Shown here: piece after piece, positions 55,637 through 64,000 of the stretch | Layout: each line of letters opens with the position of its first letter | Position numbering within the stretch: the stretch's first letter is position 1 | Origin: Clostridia bacterium | GTDB taxonomy: Bacteria > Bacillota > Clostridia > SK-Y3 | DNA length: 64,000 nucleotides | Assembly (NCBI GenBank): GCA_963662695.2 | Contig: CAXXDC010000002.1 | Coordinates: forward strand, 650,022-714,021 | Reading direction: 5' to 3' | Notes under the pieces: model-generated | The model's database searches: none | What the model was told of the DNA's origin: nothing | The model's input: the letters and a program-made list of their open reading frames with translations, nothing else | Made by a program: the position numbers and the translations under genes

Positions 55637-56485
55637 TCATAATGCATTAACCAGTTTTTCTGGATTAATATCATAATCACTTTCCTTCATTTCCTTAGCT
55701 AAGTCTCTTTTCCAAGCTCCATTTGAATCAATATTTATGTACACTACTCCAGATATATCATTAGGTTTTTCAACCTCTCCCTTGACCAAAGCACAAACAT
55801 TTCTCCGACCAATTTTTCCAATTAAATAACCGTGCTCAAAAATAACATTTTGTCTAGCTCTATCTTTTAACTCTGATTCTCTCTTCGCTTTACCTTCATC
55901 ACAAGGTGTATACAATACTACTGCAAAACCAACATTTGAGTTTTCTTCAATCTTCTCAATTATGGTCTGACCTTTACTTGCTTGTTCATGCAAGATGATA
56001 GCTTCAAAACCTAGTTTTTCTATAAATCTAGCGGTTTCCTGCTTAGCCTCATTATCGTGACCATGCACAATAAAAACTTTTGTTTTGTCCATTATACGTC
56101 CCCCTTCAATTCTTACAATCTCATCTTTTTCAATTACATATAAATTATTATCGCAAAGTACTGCTTTATCGTTTTTTATAACCTTAATTGCTAAAATATT
56201 CTTTCCTTCAATACTTATAAAACCATAATCTATTTCAGGCTTTATTGAAATCATTCCTAAAGCTCTATTTATTAAGCCATTTATATTAAATGTTGTACTT
56301 ATGTTCATCAGGTGATACTGCATATCTTCTTTAATTGCTCCAATAAGAATATGTCCATTCATAGTATTTGACATAGCAGCAATATATAACGCTAATCTAC
56401 TTGGTTTAAGTTCAAAACCAATACAGAATAAATTAGGATGACTATAATCTTTTAGCATTTCTCTTATTTCTTTTGAATTAATCAT
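55637..56485 (-). CDS. Fusion of an AlbA_2/Schlafen-like N-domain with a C-terminal TIR-like domain (Cap12/PycTIR-type, PF10137-like)
   Basis: C-terminus KVFIVHGHDNEAKQETARFIEKLGFEAIILHEQASKGQTIIEKIEENSNVGFAVVLYTPCDEG...RARQNVIFEHGYLIGKIGRRNVCALVKGEVEKPNDISGVVYI is the hallmark pattern of the prokaryotic TIR-like 'nucleotide-binding' domain. The AlbA_2-like call for the N-terminal approximately 130 aa is weaker. Confidence 0.7.
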   Translation of the reverse strand: MINSKEIREMLKDYSHPNLFCIGFELKPSRLALYIAAMSNTMNGHILIGAIKEDMQYHLMNISTTFNINGLINRALGMISIKPEIDYGFISIEGKNILAIKVIKNDKAVLCDNNLYVIEKDEIVRIEGGRIMDKTKVFIVHGHDNEAKQETARFIEKLGFEAIILHEQASKGQTIIEKIEENSNVGFAVVLYTPCDEGKAKRESELKDRARQNVIFEHGYLIGKIGRRNVCALVKGEVEKPNDISGVVYINIDSNGAWKRDLAKEMKESDYDINPEKLVNAL

Positions 56486-56493
56486 TTAGCCAC

Positions 56494-59400
56494 CTACCTT
56501 ATTCTTCTTAGAGGAATTCTGTTTATGCCCGTTAATTTAAGCATCTTACCAAAGGTTATCTTCTGGGGCGGATTATCATCATCTTCAACCCAAAGCTCCC
56601 AATCCTTTTCATAGTCCATAATATCCTTCTCCGATCCGTAATATAAAATAACTTGATTATAATCAGATGGACGGATAATTAAGTAAGTTTCTTCTCCATT
56701 CTTTTTGATTAGATATATCGTTTCATCAATCTTGAGAGCATCAACAAGATCATAACCTTGTTTTTTCTCTAGATGTTTAAATATCCTCTCTTTGGATCTC
56801 TTCAATATTGACATTACATATTCAAATTTAATGGAATCTTGTTCTGAAGAATGAATAAAATTTTCTGAAAAAAAGCTTGTACCCATTGCTTTTTGTAAAT
56901 CTTCATCAGTATAAATACCTGATTGTATCAATAATTCATCTGTTATTTCGGATTTATTTTGATTGTGATAACTTTCATTATGACCGCTTTGTAAAATCCG
57001 TTCTAAATCATCTTGATTTTCAATATTATATTTTTTCATAAGTTCATCATATGCTTCAGCTTTTTTCATGTTTATTGATATTTCTTCATCATCGTAAAGC
57101 CAATGAATATGTTTATAAATCTCTGGGAATATTTCCTTTGCTTTGTATGCGTTTTCGTCTATCCATTTATAGAGTCGTTTAAAAATCGTCTTTACTTCGC
57201 TATCTTTGTTTACTTTATTATTAATATTATTTTTCACATATGAACTGATTGGTGTTGCTAAATCTTTTGCATGTTTTTCTCTATTATCAGGTAAATTTAA
57301 TCTAATGGCTTTTTCAAGAAGTTCTTGCCTTATATCACGCCCAACATCCAAAGCTATATCTTTTAACGCTTTATCAATATCATCATCGAGAAACAAATCG
57401 TCTTTTATCACAAATTCACCATTTTGATTAGGAAGAATTGGGCAAGTAGTCTTATTCAATAAATTTTCCATATCATAAGTCACCAAAAAATCTACAAAGC
57501 TATCTAGCCATCCTAGCGCCTCATTTTTATCATTAAAGGTTAAGCTCGTAGCAAAATTCTTAAGATTTTCTGTTTCATTTATCTTACCTGCAATACATTT
57601 TGCTATATAGTTAATTGATTTTTGCAAAAGCTCATCTGAAATCGTATTTACACTCTTAATTGTAGTATATTTGTTGTCAAAAACTCTATTGGCTAATTCT
57701 ATAATTCTGATCTGTTTTTCATATGATTTGTTATCTTTATTCGTAAGCATTAATACTGCATCATATATTTCACCCTTTTGAATATCATCAGCTAACTTTA
57801 AGTTCTCTTCAATTTTTGCAATAATCGCTTCATTATTAATTAATCTCCACTCACTAATACCTTTAAATTCTATTGACTTATGAATCAAATAATCTTTGCA
57901 GTCATGCTCTAACAAGCTTAAAATCTCTTTATAATCATCTTCAATATTGTCATCTATGTAAAGATCCGAAATACTTTTCAGTTCTCTATTTTGATTTAAA
58001 ATGACTGCATATTTACCTCTGCATATATCGCTTATTAATTCACCCTCTAATTCGATTAAATCATAATATTCTTGCAACCATTGTATAGGTGATAACGATC
58101 CCTTTATATCATTAGCTAAATAGTTAAAGTTACCGACATCTTCAATTTCTTCTGTAAGCAACTCCAAGGTTAAGTTTCTACATTCTCCCCATAATGAACC
58201 ATACCAATTATGAATATCACTTTTAACTGGTATGCTGTGAGGAACCCATGAACTATATAGTGACCATATCTTATTTCTAATCTCTTCCTTGGGGTGGCTT
58301 GGCAATTTTATTAAAACCTCATCATTGAAATCTCTCAAAGCTACCCTCTCACCATCAACATTATCAACTAATGGAAGATACATTATTTGTTCTTTTGTTC
58401 TAGCTATAACATGCTCTTTTAACCACTTAGCACTAAACCAATCTTTCGATATAACTCTAGGGACTTTAGTAATATTATATAAGCCTTGCCAATCGTGAGA
58501 AGAATGCTCTAATATTTTATCATAGAGTGCACATCCCTCTTGCATTAATCGTTTGTTTTCAATCACTTTATCATCTTCACTATCAATCAACCATACTCCG
58601 TCCCTAGGTTCAGTTGGATTGAATTTAACACAATTCATTATGACGGGTATTGGAAATTCGTCTGTTCCAACTAAAGGAAAGTCACAAAATAGCTTGGGAA
58701 TCTTACTTGAATAAGGTTTGATTATAACTTTACCATTATCTTCATTAACAGGTACAGCTATTGAGATATTGGAGTCCTTCACTATTAGTATTTTGAATTC
58801 CTCTCTGAATCCATTTGATATCTGCTCAACATGATAAATATGAGAATTGCTTAATTGGCTTATCGTCCTATTTACCAATTTGTATTTAATGTTTTCATTT
58901 ACCAGTGTTATCTCTTCAATTTGAGGTGTAAATGCTAACACATAAGGAACTGAGCTTTTTAAATCTTCAAGTCCTATTTTCGCAACATTCATCCCCTTAT
59001 CATCCAGTTTATATGCGAATATAGTATTAAAATCTTCAGTATTATGTAATTGTTCATCAACGTTTATCTGATATTTCTCTAATTCATCATATGACTTCTT
59101 TATTGCATCAATAATTTCAGTTTTGTTCTTCCCTGATCTATCTAAAGTAATTTGAAACGCTTTCAAAATCAAGTCGTCATCTATAAGTTTTCCTCTAACC
59201 TGAACAATCTCAGATAATAGATGGGTCGTTAAAAATCCTGTACCAAACTTTCCAGTAGTATCGCTTTTCTCATCTCTATCTTTTGTAGAAACTTGCTCAA
59301 TCAAGAAAACAATGTTCTTTATCGAAAAAGGCTTCCCATTATGTCTAAACTCAAGTATCTTATCTTGCTCATTTAAGTATATTTCCACCTTTACCTTTCC

Positions 59401-59568
59401 ACTTCCATTTCGGACATCTTTAGCATTCTGTAAAAGTTCCCACACCCATCTTCTTTCACTATTTGTATTAGCATTAAGTCTAAGTTTATCTAACATATCC
59501 ATGATTCTATTGGCTACATTCGTATCATGTGCATTTTTTCTTTCTTCTTCTACTTTTGCTAGTAACAT
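56494..59568 (-). CDS. 1024-aa protein with N-terminal GHKL (HSP90/sacsin/MORC-like) ATPase fold
   Basis: Bergerat N-box WELLQNAKD (E44/N48/D51), RHNGKPF and the glycine lid GKFGTGF (residues 106-112). I could not assign the remaining approximately 850 aa. Confidence 0.6.
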   Translation of the reverse strand: MLLAKVEEERKNAHDTNVANRIMDMLDKLRLNANTNSERRWVWELLQNAKDVRNGSGKVKVEIYLNEQDKILEFRHNGKPFSIKNIVFLIEQVSTKDRDEKSDTTGKFGTGFLTTHLLSEIVQVRGKLIDDDLILKAFQITLDRSGKNKTEIIDAIKKSYDELEKYQINVDEQLHNTEDFNTIFAYKLDDKGMNVAKIGLEDLKSSVPYVLAFTPQIEEITLVNENIKYKLVNRTISQLSNSHIYHVEQISNGFREEFKILIVKDSNISIAVPVNEDNGKVIIKPYSSKIPKLFCDFPLVGTDEFPIPVIMNCVKFNPTEPRDGVWLIDSEDDKVIENKRLMQEGCALYDKILEHSSHDWQGLYNITKVPRVISKDWFSAKWLKEHVIARTKEQIMYLPLVDNVDGERVALRDFNDEVLIKLPSHPKEEIRNKIWSLYSSWVPHSIPVKSDIHNWYGSLWGECRNLTLELLTEEIEDVGNFNYLANDIKGSLSPIQWLQEYYDLIELEGELISDICRGKYAVILNQNRELKSISDLYIDDNIEDDYKEILSLLEHDCKDYLIHKSIEFKGISEWRLINNEAIIAKIEENLKLADDIQKGEIYDAVLMLTNKDNKSYEKQIRIIELANRVFDNKYTTIKSVNTISDELLQKSINYIAKCIAGKINETENLKNFATSLTFNDKNEALGWLDSFVDFLVTYDMENLLNKTTCPILPNQNGEFVIKDDLFLDDDIDKALKDIALDVGRDIRQELLEKAIRLNLPDNREKHAKDLATPISSYVKNNINNKVNKDSEVKTIFKRLYKWIDENAYKAKEIFPEIYKHIHWLYDDEEISINMKKAEAYDELMKKYNIENQDDLERILQSGHNESYHNQNKSEITDELLIQSGIYTDEDLQKAMGTSFFSENFIHSSEQDSIKFEYVMSILKRSKERIFKHLEKKQGYDLVDALKIDETIYLIKKNGEETYLIIRPSDYNQVILYYGSEKDIMDYEKDWELWVEDDDNPPQKITFGKMLKLTGINRIPLRRIR

Positions 59569-59626
59569 TTATTCCACCTCAGCATATAAAAATCAATGTG
59601 TATTTTAATAGTTCTCCACTAGGAAT

Positions 59627-59637
59627 ATTATACCACA
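59627..59637 (-). promoter_or_regulatory. Extended -10 promoter element TGTGGTATAAT upstream of the GHKL gene
   Basis: Minus-strand GAATGTGGTATAATATT, about 55 nt upstream of the ATG at 59568. Confidence 0.5.
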
Positions 59638-59710
59638 TTCTTGTTTGATTTTGTTTCAAAAATTGATGTAATAGTTGAAATTACTTACTCTAGCAAGTAG
59701 CAGAAGAAAA

Positions 59711-59760
59711 CTAAAAAACACTATAATTTATCACAACCATAAAGTTAATAAATTATAGTG
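59711..59760 (-). terminator. Strong intrinsic terminator insulating the leading-region genes from the GHKL island
   Basis: Perfect 13-bp stem CACTATAATTTAT / ATAAATTATAGTG with a 16-nt loop, followed on the minus strand by TTTTTTAG. Confidence 0.7.
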
Positions 59761-59926
59761 CACGATATTAAACAGTACATTTAACTTCATATCAAAAGAT
59801 TCAACCGATACAGCGACACCTCACAATTCGTATACCATCACTCGATCATATCTGCTTTTATCGCCTTTTCCGTCACATCTGTTAAATTCGATACCGCATC
59901 AAAGGTATCGGAATCATTTTGATAAT

Positions 59927-60754
59927 TTACATTTCCATGTCTTCCTCTTGCCCTTGAACATATTCTTCTGAAGGGTATTGTTGTTTCATTGCTTCATAGT
60001 GTTGTTTGTATATCTCTGCGTTCAAACGTTCTGGTGTTTGTGATTTTTCAGTTGTACTAACTTCACTAGATTCTTTATCAACACCTTTTTCATCAGGCTG
60101 ACTATGTTCCTTTTCATTAGCTATTTTTTTAAATAGATTTTTTTTTAATGATTCAATATTTTTTCTTGAAATCTCAACTTTCCCTTCTTCATAAACCTTT
60201 CTAATACCCTCAATTTCTTTAGCTCCTCTAACCCTTCCGTTTTCTTGTTTAATGCATTTATTGAGTAAATCTATTGGTAATTCATTTTCCAGACCAATAC
60301 GTACCTCCCTCATTTGCTGAGGTGTGAGATACGACTGATTAATCAAGAACTCCACTTGCTTCTTATTTAAGCCACATTCGAAACCTTTTCGTATCTCCTG
60401 CATCTGTTCAGGTAAGAGCGTTGGCTTGGCATACATTTCCACTTGAGCATTGCTAAGATTCCCTTCAAGCCCAAGGCGGACATCCTTCATTTGATTATAG
60501 GTAAGAGTTGGTTTATTCGCATATAGGGCTACCTGTAATTTACTTAATCCATTTTCCATACCCATTCTAATCTCTCTCATTTGTTTATCATTTAATATAT
60601 CATGGGCATACATCTTTATTTGTGATACTGCTAGACCTGCTCTTAAACCTTCCATCACTTCATTAAATTGCATTCTATTTAGATCATCACATTCTAGTTG
60701 TTTTAAGCTCTGACGGTATTTTATTTTCTCAAAGAAATCTCTAATTACTCCCAT
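59927..60754 (-). CDS. Protein with five tandem approximately 32-36 aa repeats (QM+E[IV]R.G.E.GL...Q[VI]..YA)
   Basis: Repeats are seen directly: QFNEVMEGLRAGLAVSQIKMYA / QMREIRMGMENGLSKLQVALYA / QMKDVRLGLEGNLSNAQVEMYA / QMQEIRKGFECGLNKKQVEFL / QMREVRIGLENELPIDLL. The C-terminus is acidic and low-complexity. Confidence 0.5.
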   Translation of the reverse strand: MGVIRDFFEKIKYRQSLKQLECDDLNRMQFNEVMEGLRAGLAVSQIKMYAHDILNDKQMREIRMGMENGLSKLQVALYANKPTLTYNQMKDVRLGLEGNLSNAQVEMYAKPTLLPEQMQEIRKGFECGLNKKQVEFLINQSYLTPQQMREVRIGLENELPIDLLNKCIKQENGRVRGAKEIEGIRKVYEEGKVEISRKNIESLKKNLFKKIANEKEHSQPDEKGVDKESSEVSTTEKSQTPERLNAEIYKQHYEAMKQQYPSEEYVQGQEEDMEM

Positions 60755-60767
60755 ATCTTCTCTCCTT

Positions 60768-61724
60768 TCAAATTGCTAGTTCTTCCTCATTACATTTGTG
60801 CATATGTCTGTTTTTAGTATCACTCAGTTGTTTATGTAGATTTATTAAATCCTCGTTAAAATCCTTTCCATTAGGCACATGTTTTGATATTTTAAATTTA
60901 TCTCCATACCTCTCTCGTATTTGCTGTGAAAAAAAATGACCCTCTTCGTCATTATCTAGACAGAGGATCATTTTCTTTATATTTGGATATTGGTTTATAT
61001 AATACTCAATCGGCAAATAGGAAGTTCCACCCATTGATATCATATGGTAATCAAAATCTTTTACATTGTATATATTTGCTGAAGTCATATAGCTCATTAA
61101 ATCAATGGCACTTTCAAATATAAGTAAAATATCATTTGTCCCTTTTCTATGAAAAGGATAGGTTTTATCCGAACCCCATAAGTCTTTTCTAAACTGCTTT
61201 GTTCCAGTTCCTCTTAGACTTGCAAATTTAGGTTCATTTTCTTTATTATAACCTACAAATACACAGTTTCTTTTCTCATCTTCATAAATCTGTTTGTTCT
61301 TTACAAATTCTTGTACAACAGTGCTGTCAATCTTTCTAGTTTGTATGAGATAAGCGAAAATATGTTTATAGGTGCTATTTTTTCTTGGTAGTTCTAATGT
61401 GCCTTTTTCATCAATATCCCTAGGCGGTAACTCTATATGTGGTAATTCATCATGGGTAATACCTAATAATTCTTTTACGGCATCTACCCATGATTTGCCC
61501 TCTAGTTCCATTAGAAACTGAATAGCTCCACCGCCCTTGCCATGAGAAAACCAGTTCCACTTCGCCCCATCAGCTTTTATGTATAAGCCACCATAGTTAG
61601 GAATTTTATAAGATCGTGGCGTAATTTTCCTCACATCATAGCCACGGCTTTTAGCTAAGGCTATAATATTGATGTTATTTGCTGCTCTTATTTGTTCATC
61701 TAAAAAACGTTTTTCTTTGTACAC
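60768..61724 (-). CDS. DUF3991 plus Toprim domain protein (conjugative primase-like)
   Basis: N-terminal …NWFSHGKGGGAIQFLMELEG… (DUF3991-type) and Toprim acidic motifs FESAIDLMS and CLDNDEEG. Confidence 0.75.
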   Translation of the reverse strand: MYKEKRFLDEQIRAANNINIIALAKSRGYDVRKITPRSYKIPNYGGLYIKADGAKWNWFSHGKGGGAIQFLMELEGKSWVDAVKELLGITHDELPHIELPPRDIDEKGTLELPRKNSTYKHIFAYLIQTRKIDSTVVQEFVKNKQIYEDEKRNCVFVGYNKENEPKFASLRGTGTKQFRKDLWGSDKTYPFHRKGTNDILLIFESAIDLMSYMTSANIYNVKDFDYHMISMGGTSYLPIEYYINQYPNIKKMILCLDNDEEGHFFSQQIRERYGDKFKISKHVPNGKDFNEDLINLHKQLSDTKNRHMHKCNEEELAI

Positions 61725-61739
61725 AATTCACCACCCCAT

Positions 61740-62444
61740 TTAAAGTTCCAGTTCATTATCTATTTCATTATTTTCATCTCTCTTTGCTTCTTCTCCAAAA
61801 TTTATAGAATCATATCTTGCCTTATTCAATGGTATTTTTGGTAGTTCAGCATTTTGAGCTAACGATGCGTATTGGTTACCCCCAACTAAAATATGATCAA
61901 GTACTCTTATATTAAGTGGATGAAAAATATCAACGATTCGTTGAGTTACTGCTTTATCTTCGTTAGAAAATTCAATTTTTCCACTTGGATGATTATGTGA
62001 TATTATAATGCCATTACAATCATTAGCAATAGCAATCTTTAAAATGTCTCTTGGATGAACAATTGCCATATCAACAGTACCTTCTGTAACGATTCTAGTT
62101 TCTATGATGCGGTTACTATTATCTAAAAACGCTACCATAAATCGTTCTTTATCTCTCATCCCACTGAGTAAGGATAGAAAATATTTCCCTGAGTTTTGTG
62201 AACTTGATAATATAATTCGATTTTCCTCTTCTTCCATTCTTAGAACGTTATAGGAAGATATAAATTCATTTAGTCTACTGATTTTTTCTAATTGTCTTTC
62301 ATTAGGATCAACAACCATTGGATGCTCTAGGATATTAAAAGGATTGTTCTCTTTTGCGTATGTCTTAATCTTTCTTATGGAGATTCCTGTTAAAGCATTT
62401 AGACTTTTGAAAAAGTTTTCGGAGTATTTTACTTTTTTACTCAT
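61740..62444 (-). CDS. RadC-like JAB/MPN domain protein
   Basis: JAMM motif IISHNHPSG plus a downstream SNEDKAVTQRI. 234 aa. Confidence 0.85.
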   Translation of the reverse strand: MSKKVKYSENFFKSLNALTGISIRKIKTYAKENNPFNILEHPMVVDPNERQLEKISRLNEFISSYNVLRMEEEENRIILSSSQNSGKYFLSLLSGMRDKERFMVAFLDNSNRIIETRIVTEGTVDMAIVHPRDILKIAIANDCNGIIISHNHPSGKIEFSNEDKAVTQRIVDIFHPLNIRVLDHILVGGNQYASLAQNAELPKIPLNKARYDSINFGEEAKRDENNEIDNELEL

Positions 62445-62692
62445 TGATAATCACCAACTTCACTATTCTCAATGTTGCTAAGGCCACCGTCGAATGCCCT
62501 AATTATATTTCTTAGATCAATTAGTTTTGCTTTTAAATTATCACTGATATCAAACTCTTCAATATTCAAAAAGAATATTTTAACACCTAGTGTCTCTACT
62601 GCTTTCTTAATAATTTCTTCTTCATCTTGGTTCAGATTTACTAGCCATTTGAGTAATTCGATAAAATTGTCTATCTCTTTTTTTCTATTCAT
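62441..62692 (-). CDS. Small hypothetical protein
   Basis: 83-aa ORF whose stop overlaps the RadC-like start (ATGA-type coupling). I recognise no motif. Confidence 0.35.
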   Translation of the reverse strand: MNRKKEIDNFIELLKWLVNLNQDEEEIIKKAVETLGVKIFFLNIEEFDISDNLKAKLIDLRNIIRAFDGGLSNIENSEVGDYQ

Positions 62693-62739
62693 TATTTGCT
62701 TTCTCTCCCTTCAATTTAAAAGTTAAAGTGGTGTTAAGG

Positions 62740-64000
62740 TTATATCTCTTCTTCGTTTTCAGGGTCTTCTATTATTTCATGTTGAGCTTTCGTAGCATTA
62801 TTATTCATGTCATCTTCTAATACGTCATTAGTCTTTTTGTTCATATCTAGCTGGATATTTAACTCAGCTTGCCTTTTAATTGCTTTTTCTAATTCACTTT
62901 TATAGGTAAATGGTTTATTGAATTCTTCTCTTGCCTGTGCCATATTTCTATTTAGTTCATCTATACGCATTTCACAATTTTCTACCCTTTTTTCAAAGCT
63001 ATCAAGGATATTTTCAAGTTTTATCATATTACCGTAAGAGCTATCTGATAGGACAACAAAATATGTCTTATTACCATGTAATGTCATACCCGTTTCATTA
63101 CTGAAAATACTCTTAGTTATTGATAATTCGAAGCCTTTGAAGTTACCTATAAACTTTGTTTTACCCTCTGATATTCCCTGTAGAATTGAAAGCATATATG
63201 TGCCTGCTTTTTCTCTTTCATCGAAGTTTTTACCTTCTACAGTTATTTTAAAGTCATTTGAGATAGCCATATTCCTTCTTTCAATATCCTTAATAAGACA
63301 TTCAATGTTTTCTTCTTGCCTTTTAATTTCTTGGGGATATTTATATAGGAATCTATCTTCTAATGAGTATTTGTTGCTATCATATACTCCTTTTAAGAGG
63401 GTAAGTCTTGATACTTCGTTATCTATCTCCATCTTTTCTTTAATTAATGGATTACCTGTAGCTATGGCTTTTACCTCGGCATAGGATAGTACAGTTTCAT
63501 CAATGTCCTCTGCACTTCTGGATACTGATTTAGAAGTCATGATCTGCGATATAAACCGTTGTTTATTCTCCACCAGTTGCCAGAGATACGAATCGAAAGT
63601 AGATTTAGTAACATATTTATAGATATTGACTTCTTCATTTTCATTGCCTTGGCGAAGTATACGACCTTCTCTTTGCTCTAAGTCAGCGGGTCTCCAAGGA
63701 CAATCAAGGTGATGCAGAGCTACAAGCTTCGATTGAATATTTGTGCCTGTTCCCATTTTAGGTGTTGAACCAATAATAATGCGTTTATTACCACTTCTCA
63801 TATCTGCGAACAGTTCTTCCCTTTGCACATCTGTTTTAGCATCATGGATAAAACAGATGTCATCAGCTGGGATACCTTTTGTAATCAATTCTTCTTTAAT
63901 ATATGGATATACTGAAAAACGCCCATCAGTTGTGGGCGTCCCTGTGTCGGAGAATATTATTTGTGTACCTTTGGTAGCGTTACTTTTTATATATTCTTGA
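62740..64000 (-). CDS. C-terminal part of a large SNF2/DEAD-like helicase (ICE polyvalent helicase/methylase-type protein), N-terminus outside window
   Basis: Helicase C-terminal motifs STPKMGTGTNIQ and QREGRILRQGN. The frame stays open upstream of the track's ATG (63888) to the window end (…QEYIKSNATKGTQIIFSDTGTPTTDGRFSVYPYIKEELITKGIP). Confidence 0.75.
   Translation of the reverse strand, partial: QEYIKSNATKGTQIIFSDTGTPTTDGRFSVYPYIKEELITKGIPADDICFIHDAKTDVQREELFADMRSGNKRIIIGSTPKMGTGTNIQSKLVALHHLDCPWRPADLEQREGRILRQGNENEEVNIYKYVTKSTFDSYLWQLVENKQRFISQIMTSKSVSRSAEDIDETVLSYAEVKAIATGNPLIKEKMEIDNEVSRLTLLKGVYDSNKYSLEDRFLYKYPQEIKRQEENIECLIKDIERRNMAISNDFKITVEGKNFDEREKAGTYMLSILQGISEGKTKFIGNFKGFELSITKSIFSNETGMTLHGNKTYFVVLSDSSYGNMIKLENILDSFEKRVENCEMRIDELNRNMAQAREEFNKPFTYKSELEKAIKRQAELNIQLDMNKKTNDVLEDDMNNNATKAQHEIIEDPENEEEI

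Larger units (their letters stand above)
7554..64000 (-). mobile_element. Integrative conjugative element (left end and >56 kb of body; right end outside window)
   Basis: A terminal large serine recombinase is followed by a co-oriented block encoding relaxase, MobC, T4CP, VirB4, VirB6-like, a cell-wall hydrolase, RadC, Toprim and helicase leading-region genes, with IS elements and cargo. Confidence 0.75.

Noticed and set aside
1-64000. CRISPR arrays, tRNA, rRNA or tmRNA genes, including a tRNA as the ICE integration target near 7.5 kb
   Set aside because: I found no regularly spaced direct repeats and no cloverleaf-like sequences in any intergenic region. The junction at 7.5 kb abuts a LysR gene, not an RNA gene. 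A tRNAscan or CRISPR detection run would be needed to be definitive.

Overview
AT-rich, Firmicutes/Clostridia-like DNA. Positions 1-7.5 kb look like ordinary chromosome: an MFS-like transporter, two aldo/keto reductases with a TetR regulator, metE and a LysR regulator. From about 7.55 kb to the window end (over 56 kb), nearly every gene is on the minus strand. This part reads as one large integrative conjugative element (ICE) that ends at a large serine recombinase abutting the LysR gene.

ICE content, right to left:
- Leading-region genes: SNF2-type helicase C-terminus, RadC/JAB, DUF3991-Toprim and a tandem-repeat protein.
- An insulated three-gene island: GHKL ATPase, an AlbA_2-like/TIR-like fusion, and a Zn-ribbon protein with an RNxxxH motif.
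- A candidate oriT, MobC, relaxase, the VirD4 coupling protein, and VirB2/VirB6/VirB3-like proteins.
- A complete Tad/Flp-type pilus module nested inside the T4SS genes. It includes a prepilin peptidase and an ECF sigma/anti-sigma pair, and is interrupted by a RhuM gene.
- An NlpC/P60 hydrolase and a VirB4 encoded as two ORFs.
- An XRE switch with a pseudo-receiver/ParA-like trio.
- An IS110-family element.
- A Type I R-M system with an extra half-size HsdS and an M48/DUF45 gene.
- Two sigma/HTH regulators.
- An IS21-family element (istAB) inserted in a hairpin-rich non-coding tract.
- A DinG-type helicase.

I saw no rRNA, tRNA or CRISPR array.

The most interesting candidate is the GHKL/TIR-like/HEPN-motif island at 53.4-59.6 kb. 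It looks like an uncharacterised defence cargo module. All domain calls come from motif recognition by eye and need profile searches to confirm.
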